64,000 nucleotides of DNA, taken from positions 11,551 through 75,550 of the IMG/VR virus record IMGVR_UViG_3300010354_000064; one strand, given 5' to 3'. Shown piece after piece: positions 1-10,100 of this stretch. The stretch comes from a virus. Numbering within the stretch: the first letter of the stretch is position 1; every line of letters begins with the position of its first letter. Both the position numbers and the translations under genes were made by a program. The notes beneath the pieces are model-generated. The model was not told the origin of the DNA. It made no database searches and worked only from the letters and a program-made list of their open reading frames with translations.

Positions 1-1
1 C

Positions 2-220
2 ATGAGCCACATCGTCGTCACCCCCGCCTACGGCCGCGACTATACCTCCAGCGAGGCGGCTTCGGCCGCCTGGGCCGCTGGCAAGGACTTCATCCTCCGC
101 GACCCCACGTCTCGTTGGGATGGCAAGCCCATCAACAACGAGGATGCGGAAAGCGCCGGTATCACCTTGGTCAACATCCGCTATGCGGGTGGGACCAAGG
201 TGACGGTGGTCCGGCTCTAG
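2..220 (+). CDS. small hypothetical phage protein
   Basis: 72-aa ORF with GC-rich third positions; converges on the lysozyme gene; start lies at the window edge. Confidence 0.65.
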   Translation: MSHIVVTPAYGRDYTSSEAASAAWAAGKDFILRDPTSRWDGKPINNEDAESAGITLVNIRYAGGTKVTVVRL

Positions 221-906
221 GCCGCCGTCAGGGCATCGAGGTAGCCCTGGGGAACCCCCACCTGGGGGGTAGGCCCCGCCGAAACACCGGACTGAGCCGC
301 GAAGTCGTCCACGGCCTTCGCGGTTGAAGGCCCCCAGAGGCCATCGACCTTGATGGTGTAGAGGCCGAGCGCCTGGAGCTTGCGCTGGGCGACAATCAGG
401 CGGTCCTTCGTCCAAGTGACGAACGCTTGAGCGGGGTCCGATTCCACGACGGGCTGCACGAAGAGTTCTCCCTCGCTCTTGCGGCGGTTGTAGAGGCCGG
501 GAAGCGTCTGGAGGACGCCCTTCACGCGAGCCTTCGACCAGGCGAGCAAGGCCCCCGGTACTTGGTCGAACTGACCGGCGTTCACGGCGTTGCCGACGTT
601 CGTGTTCACGAGCCCACCTTCGCCGACGTTGAACGTGAAGCTGACGAGCGCCGCAAACTGGTTCTCGTTCAGCGGCACAGTCACGTTCCGGTAGACACCC
701 TTCTCGAACCGCTCCACGTCCTTGCGGAGCAGGTCCATCGCCTGCTCCTGGGTGATGGTAGCCGGAAAGCTCTCGCCAGGGAGGACGACGTGGCCGTACC
801 CGATGGTCGGCTTCCCAGCCGGGCAGATGTACTGCTTCAGGACGCAACCCTCCCACTTGGCGATGAGGTCGAGGCCCGCTTGGTTGGTCTTGAGGTTCTC
901 GTTCAT
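217..906 (-). CDS. GH24 phage lysozyme (endolysin) with C-terminal peptidoglycan-binding domain
   Basis: WEGC..Y.CPAGKPTIGYGH catalytic segment, LVSFTFNVG, GLYNRRKSE; C-terminal QRKLQALG..VDGLWGPST PG-binding motif; SD AGGAG before ATG 906. Confidence 0.9.
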   Translation of the reverse strand: MNENLKTNQAGLDLIAKWEGCVLKQYICPAGKPTIGYGHVVLPGESFPATITQEQAMDLLRKDVERFEKGVYRNVTVPLNENQFAALVSFTFNVGEGGLVNTNVGNAVNAGQFDQVPGALLAWSKARVKGVLQTLPGLYNRRKSEGELFVQPVVESDPAQAFVTWTKDRLIVAQRKLQALGLYTIKVDGLWGPSTAKAVDDFAAQSGVSAGPTPQVGVPQGYLDALTAA

Positions 907-960
907 GGGGGTGCTCCTGAAGGTAGGGTTGTACTCTGGCAGAAGGATTGAAAGAAAGGC

Positions 961-994
961 GAAAGCCCGGCCCCCTTGCGGGAACCGGGCTTTC
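961..994 (-). terminator. intrinsic terminator downstream of major capsid gene
   Basis: GAAAGCCCGG...CCGGGCTTTC 10-bp inverted repeat followed on the minus strand by a pyrimidine run (CCTTTCTTTC). Confidence 0.75.
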
Positions 995-1020
995 TGACCG
1001 ACCCTCACGGGTCACCAGCG

Positions 1021-1902
1021 TCAGACGCGGGTGACGACCATGCGGGTGAGGCCCTTCGGGTTGAACGCGCCGATGCCGACGTTCTCGAAGCACGAGAAGC
1101 CGATGGTGCGCGCCTTCGGGTCGTCCGCCGAGAGCACGGTGAGTTCCGTGCGGACGGGGAAGCGACCGAAGTTCTCCGGCTCGCAGCAGACGTACACGAA
1201 GCCGACCGGGACGAGACGGCTCGTGATGATTTGCGCGCCCCAGAGGACCGCCTGGAGGCCGGTCTTGAGCAGCGTCGCCTGCGACTCGATGTCGAGGATG
1301 TCACGGCCGAACTTGCGGATGTCCGCGTAGTCCGTCGCGTTCATGTAGATGCGAGCCACGCGGAGGTCGTGGCGCTCAATCTCCGCGAACGCATCCGCGA
1401 GGACGCTCGGCGAGATGGGGGCGACCACGGCCACGTCGGGGTTCGTACCGCCGGGCAGGGTGTCGAAACCGCTGACCGCGATGCTGTCGAGCACCGCGAA
1501 GACGCGCTCGTCCTCGGCAGCCTGAATCTGCGCCTTCGCGAGGTCCTGGCTGCGCTCGATGAGGTCGAAGCGACGCTCCTTGATTTGCGTCAGCGGAATC
1601 TCCGGGTTCGAGGCAATCTCGAACAGCGGGAAGATGACGCGACGCGGCTTCTGGATGGCGAGGATGTTCTCGCCCTCCTCGCCGACCACGAACGCCGTAA
1701 CGTCCGGGTCCTTGTCGTAGATGGGCAGCGCGCCGTCGGGAAGCTGCTCGACCAGGAAGGTCTTGCGGCCGACCGCCGTGTAGTCGCGGCGGAGACGGAG
1801 CGGCTGAATCATCGAGGCAGCGAGCTTCGCGCGGCCAGCGGCCGTCTTGATGTACTCGCTGATGATTTGCTGCTTGACTTCGTTGGAAACCGTGGTGCTC
1901 AT
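1021..1902 (-). CDS. major capsid protein (HK97 fold, probable)
   Basis: 293 aa, very strong codon bias and SD; last gene of the protease-scaffold-decoration run; HK97/encapsulin-like pattern (IYMNATDYADI, LWGAQIITS, ENVGIGAFNP). Confidence 0.8.
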   Translation of the reverse strand: MSTTVSNEVKQQIISEYIKTAAGRAKLAASMIQPLRLRRDYTAVGRKTFLVEQLPDGALPIYDKDPDVTAFVVGEEGENILAIQKPRRVIFPLFEIASNPEIPLTQIKERRFDLIERSQDLAKAQIQAAEDERVFAVLDSIAVSGFDTLPGGTNPDVAVVAPISPSVLADAFAEIERHDLRVARIYMNATDYADIRKFGRDILDIESQATLLKTGLQAVLWGAQIITSRLVPVGFVYVCCEPENFGRFPVRTELTVLSADDPKARTIGFSCFENVGIGAFNPKGLTRMVVTRV

Positions 1903-1934
1903 GGGCTCTTTCTCCTCTTCCTTCGGTTGACTCG

Positions 1935-2552
1935 TCAGACGCGGAGGTCGAGGACGAGGAGGCTGGAGTTGGCGTCGGGAGCAACCTTCACGACGCCCAT
2001 GAGAGTGGCAGAGCCACCCGCAGCGACTTCGTAAGCGTCACCCGAGACGTTGGTGAGGAGCCCGTTGACCGAAGCGAAGAGCTTGTCGCCGGGGGCGTAG
2101 GTGATGGGCGTACCCGCGCCACCGCCAAGCTGCACCTTCGTCTCGTAGAGCGAGACGCCGACACAGCTACCGCTGCCGCACACGTAGGGTCCACGGCCCG
2201 AGGCCACGCCGGGCGTGTTCTCGAAGGCGTTGCCGATGGCATCGTTCAGGAAGATGCCGAGGGGCAGGAACTTCGCGTTGTAGACGCCACCGGGGGCAAC
2301 CGGACCACCGTGGTAGCCGTTGCCGTAGTCGGGGCGCGTGAAGGCGACGGTGCTTCCGAGCACGCCGACCTTGGTCACGTTGGTGAGGGTGGTGGACTTC
2401 TGCGTGGTGACGACAGGGGGGTTCGCCTGCGTGAAAGCGTCCGGCGTCAGAAGACCCAGCGAGTTGCGGGTCACGACGTGGAGAAGCTGAACACGGCTCG
2501 ACGTTTCCTTGAAGTCACCCGAAGACTGTCCGCCGATTGCGTAGGTCGTCAT
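1935..2552 (-). CDS. capsid decoration/cement protein (probable)
   Basis: 205-aa Gly-rich beta-type protein directly upstream of the capsid gene; YAPGDKLFASVNGLLT and GVVKVAP pattern; SD GAGGAG. Confidence 0.6.
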   Translation of the reverse strand: MTTYAIGGQSSGDFKETSSRVQLLHVVTRNSLGLLTPDAFTQANPPVVTTQKSTTLTNVTKVGVLGSTVAFTRPDYGNGYHGGPVAPGGVYNAKFLPLGIFLNDAIGNAFENTPGVASGRGPYVCGSGSCVGVSLYETKVQLGGGAGTPITYAPGDKLFASVNGLLTNVSGDAYEVAAGGSATLMGVVKVAPDANSSLLVLDLRV

Positions 2553-2679
2553 TGTGAACTCTCCTCAATGGGCGTTAGCTTTGGGACTTCTGGTCTGATT
2601 CGATGTAGGCACCGACGGACTCGGTGAAGTCTGCGGCGCGAGGCTCCGAGTTAGGGAGCCTCGCTGCCGGAAGGGGTAG

Positions 2680-4104
2680 TCACCGGAAGGCGTCCGAGAC
2701 ATCCGGGGCCGACGGCCAGAGAGCCGCCAGCTTGTTCACGTCGCCGCCAGCGTTGCCGCCGAGGCCACCGCCAACGCGGCTGACGCCCTGCGTCGGGCGG
2801 GTGCCGACCGTACGGGTCGAGGCCGTGCGGGCCATCGCCGTCTTGCCCTGCTGACCCTGCTCCTTCGCAGGCTCCTGCTCCTTCTTCTCGCCCTGCTCGG
2901 CCGCGAAGAGGGTCATGAGCACGTCGTCCTCGGGTCCGAGGCCCATCTCGCCAGCGTCCATCGGCGAGGGCTCCATCTCGATGCCCATCTCCGCGAGCCC
3001 GGCGTCGCCCGGCTCCATCATGAGCATGTCGGCGAGAGCCGCGTCATCGGCCTCGGCCTCGAAAGCCACCGGCTCCTGCTGGGCCATCGGCATCTGACCC
3101 GCCATCGGGGCCTGCTGGGCCATCGGCATCTGACCGGCCTGGATGGCCGCCATCGCCTGAGCCACAGCCTGACCGACAGCCTGGGCAACCTGCGTCTGAC
3201 CGCCACCCGCCTGGATGGAAGCCATCGCCTGCGCCACAGCTTGCTGCACGGCGGTCTGGATTTGGTCGGCCTTCTTCTTCTGGCCCTGACCCTGCTCCTT
3301 CGCGCCCTGCTCGTCCTGCTGGGCCTGCTTCTTCTGCTGACCCTGAGCCTTCGCAGACTCCTGCTCCTTGGCAGGCTCCTGCTCCTTCTTCTCGCCCTGC
3401 TCCTTCTGCTGGGCGAGCTTACCGGCCCACATGCCACCGGCAACCGGGGCCTGACCCTGCTGGGCGGCCTCGATGGCAGCCTTCACCTGCTGCACCTGAG
3501 CGAGGCACTCCTGCGCCGCCTGAACGTCGCCCTGCGCCATGCACTCCTGCGCCTGCTGCATCATCGTCGCCATGCAGCCCTGAGCGGCCTGCACGTCACC
3601 GTTCGCGAGGCACTCCTGCGCCTGCATCGCCTGAGCCTGCACCTGCTGGGCGACCGTCTGCTGACCGGCGACCTGAGCCTGCGGGCCGTTGGCGAGACGG
3701 TTGAACGTGTTGATGAGGTCGGCGTCCGGCATGTGCATGAGAGCGACAGCCTGGTCCTCGACCGCAGCGTCGCCCGCCGCGCCGACCATCATGCTGGCCG
3801 TCTTGATGCAGAGGTCGGCCTTCTTGAGGAGGAGGCCGTGGTCCGCCGCCGTCTTCTCGGGGTGGTTGAACGTGTCCTTACGCATGTCTGCCATCCCGAT
3901 CTCGTTGCGCTTGACCTGACCACCCGCGTACTCGGCCTCCCAGGTGTCCTTGGAAGGATGGATGTCCTCCGCGAAGGTGCTGGGGTCGCCGATCACGTAG
4001 TCGTCGGCGGACGGCTGCTGCGAAACGTGGTCCTGGTTCATCAGGTAGGGGTCGGCCTTCTTCATCTGGGCGGCCGAACGGTTCCAAGTGGTGCGCTCAC
4101 GCAT
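2680..4104 (-). CDS. capsid scaffolding protein (probable), Gln/Ala-rich
   Basis: Low-complexity helical protein between protease and capsid genes; internal repeat EQGEKKEQEPAKEQ x2; ATG 4104 follows SD GAGGA..GGAG. Confidence 0.6.
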   Translation of the reverse strand: MRERTTWNRSAAQMKKADPYLMNQDHVSQQPSADDYVIGDPSTFAEDIHPSKDTWEAEYAGGQVKRNEIGMADMRKDTFNHPEKTAADHGLLLKKADLCIKTASMMVGAAGDAAVEDQAVALMHMPDADLINTFNRLANGPQAQVAGQQTVAQQVQAQAMQAQECLANGDVQAAQGCMATMMQQAQECMAQGDVQAAQECLAQVQQVKAAIEAAQQGQAPVAGGMWAGKLAQQKEQGEKKEQEPAKEQESAKAQGQQKKQAQQDEQGAKEQGQGQKKKADQIQTAVQQAVAQAMASIQAGGGQTQVAQAVGQAVAQAMAAIQAGQMPMAQQAPMAGQMPMAQQEPVAFEAEADDAALADMLMMEPGDAGLAEMGIEMEPSPMDAGEMGLGPEDDVLMTLFAAEQGEKKEQEPAKEQGQQGKTAMARTASTRTVGTRPTQGVSRVGGGLGGNAGGDVNKLAALWPSAPDVSDAFR

Positions 4105-4147
4105 GGTTGGGCTCCATTCCTCGTCGTCTGAGGGTTTATAGAAAGAT

Positions 4148-5623
4148 TCACGACCCAAGCGAGTAGAGATAGCCCTTCCACAGAAGGTCTACGCGCTCGG
4201 AGTCGGTCACCTCTCGTCCTAGTACCCGACGACAAGCCGCCAGGTAGGTTGCTTCATCTGGGTATTGCTTGACGCCACCGACAGCCAGAACCGTTCGATA
4301 GATTCTGCCATCGCCTGCTCGCGATGCCTTTCGAGTAGACATCTCGAAGAGGCGAGCGAGAGCAAGTACTTCATGCCCACGGAGGGCTTTCGACGCCTGC
4401 ACGGCCTTCCAGCCGCCGCGCTTGTATAGCACCATCCCGAGAAGGAGGTGGCGGGCGATTTTCGGGTCACGTACTTGAGCGAGCACGACCCGCGCGATGT
4501 TCCGCCACGCCGGGTGCCGCATGGCTTCCTTCACGAGGTTGCCATTCTGGTTCTCGCTCGGAAGCCCCTTCACGTCCTGCTTGCCGATTTCCCCGCGCAC
4601 CTTCTCCAGCGCGCGTTCGCGGATGAGGTCGGCCATCTCCCCGACCGCCTTGTCGAGGGGGTCAGGGGGAGGTGCAGCGGGAGCAGCGGCTCCGCCTTGA
4701 CCTCCTCCAGGGAACTGCTCCTCTTCGCCGAACGCCACACGCTGACGGGCGGCCTTCTGAAGGAGCGTGGGGTCAGCGACTCGCGTGCCTTGCGAGAACG
4801 CCACCTGAATCTTCTTGCCGATGCCAGGGGCATCGTCGGCGGGGTTGAGGATGTTCCGCATCACCGCACCGGGGAACGCAGGGTTCGCAACCCACGACGC
4901 CTCGATGAACTTGACCGAGCCGGGCTCCTCAGTGATGTGCCCGCAAAGCTCGGCAATCTTGCGCTCGACACCCGCCTCATCGACGAATTTGTTGCCCTTG
5001 TAGTACCGGATGTGGGGGCACAGTTGCGTCTCGTCGTAGGCGACGTTGCCACACTTCGTGCAGGTCGTGAACTCGACCTGGCATCCCATGCTTAGGGTCT
5101 GAAGCTGACCCCCAGTAATCGCGCTGATGAGAGGCGCGTGCTTGCGGTTCGTCGCGACGAGGATGTCCACGTAGATGGAGTCCCCGATGTCACGGGCCGC
5201 AGCGTCGATGATTTTCCCCTTGGAAAGCTCGGGGATTTGGATGTGCTCGACGTAGTTCTCACCACCTACGAAGGTGCGGAAACACGCGAGGAGGAGCTTC
5301 TTCTCCCAAGCGTCGAAGTTGTTGTTGACGTACTTGGTGGTTGAGGGCGTGATGAGGTAGTCCGCGTACTTGCGGTTGACCTCGAACCCATCGACCATGT
5401 GCTTGCCGATGGGCTGCCCACCCGGCTCCACGTCCACGGACGCGATGATGGTACAATGAGTGAGCAGGAAGTCCTTGGGGGTGAACTCCTGAAGGACGAC
5501 CTTGGTGGCTTCCCGCTGCGCGAAGTTCGGCCCCTTCACAGCATGGTTGCGGACTTCCGCCCATCCGGTCAAATGGATGTCCGGCTTGATGATGGCGGCG
5601 TTGGCGAACTTGCGAAAGGCCAT
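4148..5623 (-). CDS. prohead maturation protease (HK97-like serine protease) with Zn-finger insert
   Basis: NYVEH...GKIIDA...LSMGC...FIEASWVANPAF motifs; CTKC..CPH insert; start overlaps the upstream stop (TAATG). Confidence 0.7.
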   Translation of the reverse strand: MAFRKFANAAIIKPDIHLTGWAEVRNHAVKGPNFAQREATKVVLQEFTPKDFLLTHCTIIASVDVEPGGQPIGKHMVDGFEVNRKYADYLITPSTTKYVNNNFDAWEKKLLLACFRTFVGGENYVEHIQIPELSKGKIIDAAARDIGDSIYVDILVATNRKHAPLISAITGGQLQTLSMGCQVEFTTCTKCGNVAYDETQLCPHIRYYKGNKFVDEAGVERKIAELCGHITEEPGSVKFIEASWVANPAFPGAVMRNILNPADDAPGIGKKIQVAFSQGTRVADPTLLQKAARQRVAFGEEEQFPGGGQGGAAAPAAPPPDPLDKAVGEMADLIRERALEKVRGEIGKQDVKGLPSENQNGNLVKEAMRHPAWRNIARVVLAQVRDPKIARHLLLGMVLYKRGGWKAVQASKALRGHEVLALARLFEMSTRKASRAGDGRIYRTVLAVGGVKQYPDEATYLAACRRVLGREVTDSERVDLLWKGYLYSLGS

Positions 5624-5943
5624 TACTTCAACCCCATGCGGAGGAACGCCGCGTTCATGTCGTCGTAGAGGGAACCAACTTCGGTGGCCGCCGATTGAAG
5701 GGCTTGAAGAGCCTCGCGCAAACGAACCGTGTGCTGCTCGGGGGCATACTGGTCGAGGCCATGTAGAGCACTCACCAGCCCCCCCGCGTCCTTCTTGACG
5801 AGCTTCTCGACCGCTGCCAGAGCCCGCAGGGCGCTCTGGGCCGAATCCTTCGCCTTCGCGCACTCGTCCACTTCCTGAACGAGCTTCGACATCGGGGTCT
5901 GGTAGACCCCTGCGAGCTTCGTGCGGCGGTCGTAGCTGTACAT
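5623..5943 (-). CDS. hypothetical helical protein with MYSYDRR N-terminus
   Basis: Coupled to both neighbours (TGATG and TAATG overlaps); in head module. Confidence 0.7.
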   Translation of the reverse strand: MYSYDRRTKLAGVYQTPMSKLVQEVDECAKAKDSAQSALRALAAVEKLVKKDAGGLVSALHGLDQYAPEQHTVRLREALQALQSAATEVGSLYDDMNAAFLRMGLK

Positions 5944-6665
5944 CACCACTCCACGGGCTCGCCACCGGGGCCGAGCATGTGGTCCTGCTTGATGAGGAAG
6001 AGGTCTTTCGGGCAAGCCCAGAGCCGGTGCTTGGCCCCCTCGCTCATCTTGTAGGTTGTACGCTTCATCTTCGTGCCGCACTTGGGGCAGAACGGCTTGC
6101 GCGAGTTCAACTCCTCCTGCGTGGCTCGGTACTGGCGGTTCTGAGCAACCCAGTAAGCGGCGGTCTTACGCGCGTGCTGCTGACACCGAAGCTCGACGAG
6201 GTTGCGAGCCACGAGGTAGAACTTACCCACCTCGTCCTTCATGGTGTCGTCGTGCGCCCCGAGGGCGGAGTACTTCCGCCACAACTGGTCGTACGCCTCG
6301 ACTTCCCCCGCGCGCTTGGCCCAGAGGAAGGCGAGGTCACGGTGGAACCCCGCCGGAAGCTCCACCGTTCGCCACGCACCCGTCGCCTCAGACGCCTGCT
6401 TCCCCGCCCGATTGTCGTACGAGTCGTACGACTGGTCGAGCGTCGGCGGCAGGTACCGCTTGATTTCAGGGTTGATTCGCACCACCTCGTCCGGCTGCAC
6501 GCGCTCGACACCGAAGGGCCATTGAACGTCGAGGCATCCGAGGCCACGGTGAACAGACGTAACACGCCCGATGAACGGGGAGAGCATCCCCGGATCACCA
6601 GGCATGAACTTCTGCACGGTGTCGCCGGGCTTGAAGTCTTTGGCTAGCTCCCAGTAGTCAATCAC
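5943..6665 (-). CDS. hypothetical protein with C-terminal Zn ribbon
   Basis: CPKC...WACPKD motif; in head operon. Confidence 0.7.
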   Translation of the reverse strand: MIDYWELAKDFKPGDTVQKFMPGDPGMLSPFIGRVTSVHRGLGCLDVQWPFGVERVQPDEVVRINPEIKRYLPPTLDQSYDSYDNRAGKQASEATGAWRTVELPAGFHRDLAFLWAKRAGEVEAYDQLWRKYSALGAHDDTMKDEVGKFYLVARNLVELRCQQHARKTAAYWVAQNRQYRATQEELNSRKPFCPKCGTKMKRTTYKMSEGAKHRLWACPKDLFLIKQDHMLGPGGEPVEW

Positions 6666-6693
6666 GGTGGGGGTACCTCGACGAAGGAGTGAC

Positions 6694-7089
6694 TCAGTAC
6701 TGCGGCGCGAGCTTGCGGCCCGTCGTGGACTGGCCCGAGCCGACGGCGCTCGACTGGTCGTCCTTGTAGAGGCTCATGTACTTCTCGTCGGCATCGACCT
6801 GATGCGGCTGCATCGGGTTCTTGAACGTGTCCATGTAGGGCTCGTCCGCGTTGCGCTCGATGACGGCGGCGGTCTTGCCGAGCACCTCGGCCTGACGGCG
6901 CGCGAGCGAATCGGTGCCGAACGACGCGGCCTCGATTTCGTCAGCGGTCTTGTCGAGCGCGTTGACGATTTGCTTGGCTTGCTCGAAGGGCATCCCCCAC
7001 GAGGCGTACTTGTCCTGCACGGTGGCAGCGATGCGGTCGAGCCGAGCGAGGATGCGGTCGGCGTCCTGGGAAGCGAACTTGGGGGTCAT
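6694..7089 (-). CDS. hypothetical probable virion protein
   Basis: 131 aa, strong codon bias, SD GGAGA. Confidence 0.7.
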   Translation of the reverse strand: MTPKFASQDADRILARLDRIAATVQDKYASWGMPFEQAKQIVNALDKTADEIEAASFGTDSLARRQAEVLGKTAAVIERNADEPYMDTFKNPMQPHQVDADEKYMSLYKDDQSSAVGSGQSTTGRKLAPQY

Positions 7090-7117
7090 TGTCGTGTTCT
7101 CCGGCGGTTGGAGGGTT

Positions 7118-10100
7118 TCAGCCGATTTGCTTGATGAGACGAAGCACCGGCTGGAGGGCCATCCGGGCCTGGGGGTTCTCGCTGGCGACGCGGATGACCT
7201 CGTGGCGGAGAGCGGCGTACGCCTGCTTCTTCTGCCCCTGCTCCTTGTCGTCGTCCGACTTCTCTTCCTTCTTCTTCATGTGCTCCTTGAGAGCCGGAGG
7301 AAGCTGCCCGCCCTGCTTCTTCTGACCCTGAGCCTGCTGGCCCTGGTCCTGCTGGCCCTGGTCCTGCTGGCCCTGCTCGGCCTCATCCTGCTCGGCAGCG
7401 AGCTTCATGAGGTCGAAGGCGATGTGCGGCTGGGTGCTGGCGAGCTTGGCGGCGTAGGAACGGATACGAGCAGAAGCGTGCATGGTGGTCGTCCTCTCTG
7501 GGGTCGGGTGATAAGGAGATTCGCTTGACCCCCTCGCCGCCTTGCGGACGGTGAGAAGAGTCTCGTCCTCGGGCTGGCCCGTGAGACGAGCCAGGAGCTT
7601 GTTGTAGAGGGCCGGGTGGAGCCCGACCGAGTACTTGCCGTTGTCGAGGGTGTAGACCGCGTAGTCAAGCGCAGCACGGAAGCGTGCGTCCGGCACACCG
7701 TCCCCCATCACCGAGGGGTCGAGGACGAACTGACCCAGCCAGTCTCGGGCCGCCTTGAGCAGAGCCGTCTCATCTGCCGCGTCAAGGTCGCGAGCGTGCG
7801 CTTGCTCCCACTCGTTGTAGGGGGCGAAGCCCTCATGCCCCGGCGGATAGGGCTCGACGCCCCAGTAAACCGCCTGGCGCGAACGCAAATCGTGCTCGGA
7901 AGCCATCACATCGCCTGCCGTACAAGTAAGATAGCGGTCGAGAACGCGAGCCGTGACCACGGGAGGAGTCGGTTTCCCGCCGAGGGAGCGGAAGAAGTCC
8001 ATGAGCCTGTTGCCCCGAGACGGCTTTGGTCTTCGCACCTCGTCATAGCCCAAGGGCTTGAGGGGCTCGCGCGGCGGGTCGGGTAGCGGCCCATCACGGT
8101 AGGGGCCTCTGCCCCGCTCGGCCTTCTTGCGGTCGGACTCGTACTGCTTGGTTTCCTTCTGCCACCGCTTGTACTCGGCGTCGTAGTCGTCGGCGTCCTG
8201 CTCCTGCATCCACCGCTCGACAGCCGCCCTTTTGTCGGCGGATACCGGGGCGTCCTTGAAACTCTGACGTAGCCGCTCACGCAAGAGCTTTGCGCTATTG
8301 ACCCTGCCCTCTTCGGGGTAGAGGGCGTCTCGGGAACGGAGGTCTTTCGAGGCCCGTTCGAGGTTCTTGAGGAGCTTGCCGGTGGGCACATGCTCGTTGA
8401 TGGCGGTATCGGAGTCAGTCGGCGCTTCGAGATACCGGCGACGCATGTCTTGGTAGTCTCGGGCTTGCAGGTAAGCCACCGCCTGAGCCTTTGCGTCGTC
8501 GGTCTTGAGCCCGTCAAGGAGCTTCTTCGTGGCCGCAGAATCCATCGGAGACTCGACCTTACCGTCGCCCAGAACCTCCTCGTAGGTCTGCCGTGGGGGC
8601 GGAGCAGGCTTGCCCCACATCGCTACGAGTCGGTCGGAGAGCCCGGCCGGAACACCGTTCTTGGACATGTCTTTCGCGACCATCCCCTGCCCGGCGAGGC
8701 TGATGGCGAGGATACGATTCCGATGGTCGTTGAGCGCCTGCGCCTTGTCCTTCGGTTCGAGGTCGGCGAAAGACACCTGTTTGCCCTTCCACTCGACTGT
8801 CTCGGGGGGCGGAATCTTCGCCGGGTCCGTCTGATAGACCGCTTGGAGCCGGTCGCGGAACGCATCCATATCTTCCGGCTTGGTGCTACGGAACGTCTTG
8901 ATGTCGTTGAGAATCGCCGCCTGGTCGTCGGGGTGGAGCTTGGAGATTTGCCCGTAATGCACAGCGGGAATCGTAGCGAGCAAGTCGAAGTCGATTTGCT
9001 GCCTCTCGTCCGAAGGTACCTTGCGCCGCTTGAGAGGGGGTAGAGCCACTTCCTTTGAGGCTTCGGCGAGGTCGGCGAGAGACTCGACACCCTCGGGTAG
9101 CTTCACACCCTTCAACTCGGGCAAGTGCTTCGAGATAGGTAGCTCGTCGAGCGGAGCCCCGCTTTTCTTCAACTCTTGGAACCGTTGTGCAACGTCGCCG
9201 GTAGCGCCTTCACCGCCCGCCATAACGGCCGCGATTTGGTCGAAGATGGACTGCACGTTGGGATGTTGTCGAACGAGCACTTGCATCTGCTCGCGACGAA
9301 CTTTCTTCTGCTCTTTCCCCTCGAACTCTTCGATGACCTTAGCCTTAGCGTCATCGGGTAGCTCGTCGAACGGGACACGCTTCTTCGGCTTCTTGCTGCG
9401 GTCGAGGAAGAGGGGTTCACCAGCGGCATCTTCCGTGGTGGTGGGAAGTCCCTTCGCATAGGCGCGGAACTCGTCGCTTTTTGCCCTACCCTCCTGCAAG
9501 AACCGCTCGACAACCCGCTGTGCCTGCGCCTTTGACTCAGAGTCACCCGGTTTGCTCTCCGGCTTCGCACCCGGTTTGCTCTCCGGCTTCGCACCCGGTT
9601 TGTTCTCCGGCTTCGGATGGAGCTTCTTGGTGGCCTTGATGAGGTCATCAACCGACTGGATGTCCTCGGGTAGCTTCACACCCTTCAACTCGGGAATGTG
9701 CTTCGAGAGGGGGAGGCTTTCGAGCGGGTGCCCTTCCTTCTGGAGAGCGCGAAGCCGAGTAGCGAGAGGCCCTTCCTCGTCACCAGGCCCCTTGGTGGCA
9801 CCCCCGAGAAACGCGAGGTCTTTCAGGGCGGCCTGAATCTCAGCGTTCTCCGAGTGCTCTCGGAACGCCGCTACCGTGTCGTCGCCAAGTTTCTCGACAC
9901 GGCGACGCTCAACGAGGTCTTCGAGAGCGGCCGAAGAAAGCTCGCCCACCGGCACGGACTTCTTCTGGCTCTTGTCGTAGACCCTGAGTTGCCCGTCCGC
10001 GCCGCGCTCGGCAAAGGGCAACTTCTCGATGAAGGCATCCCGCGCCTGCTCGTTCTCGAACGACTGGTTGAGCTTCGCCCGTGCTGCTTCGCGCTTCGGG

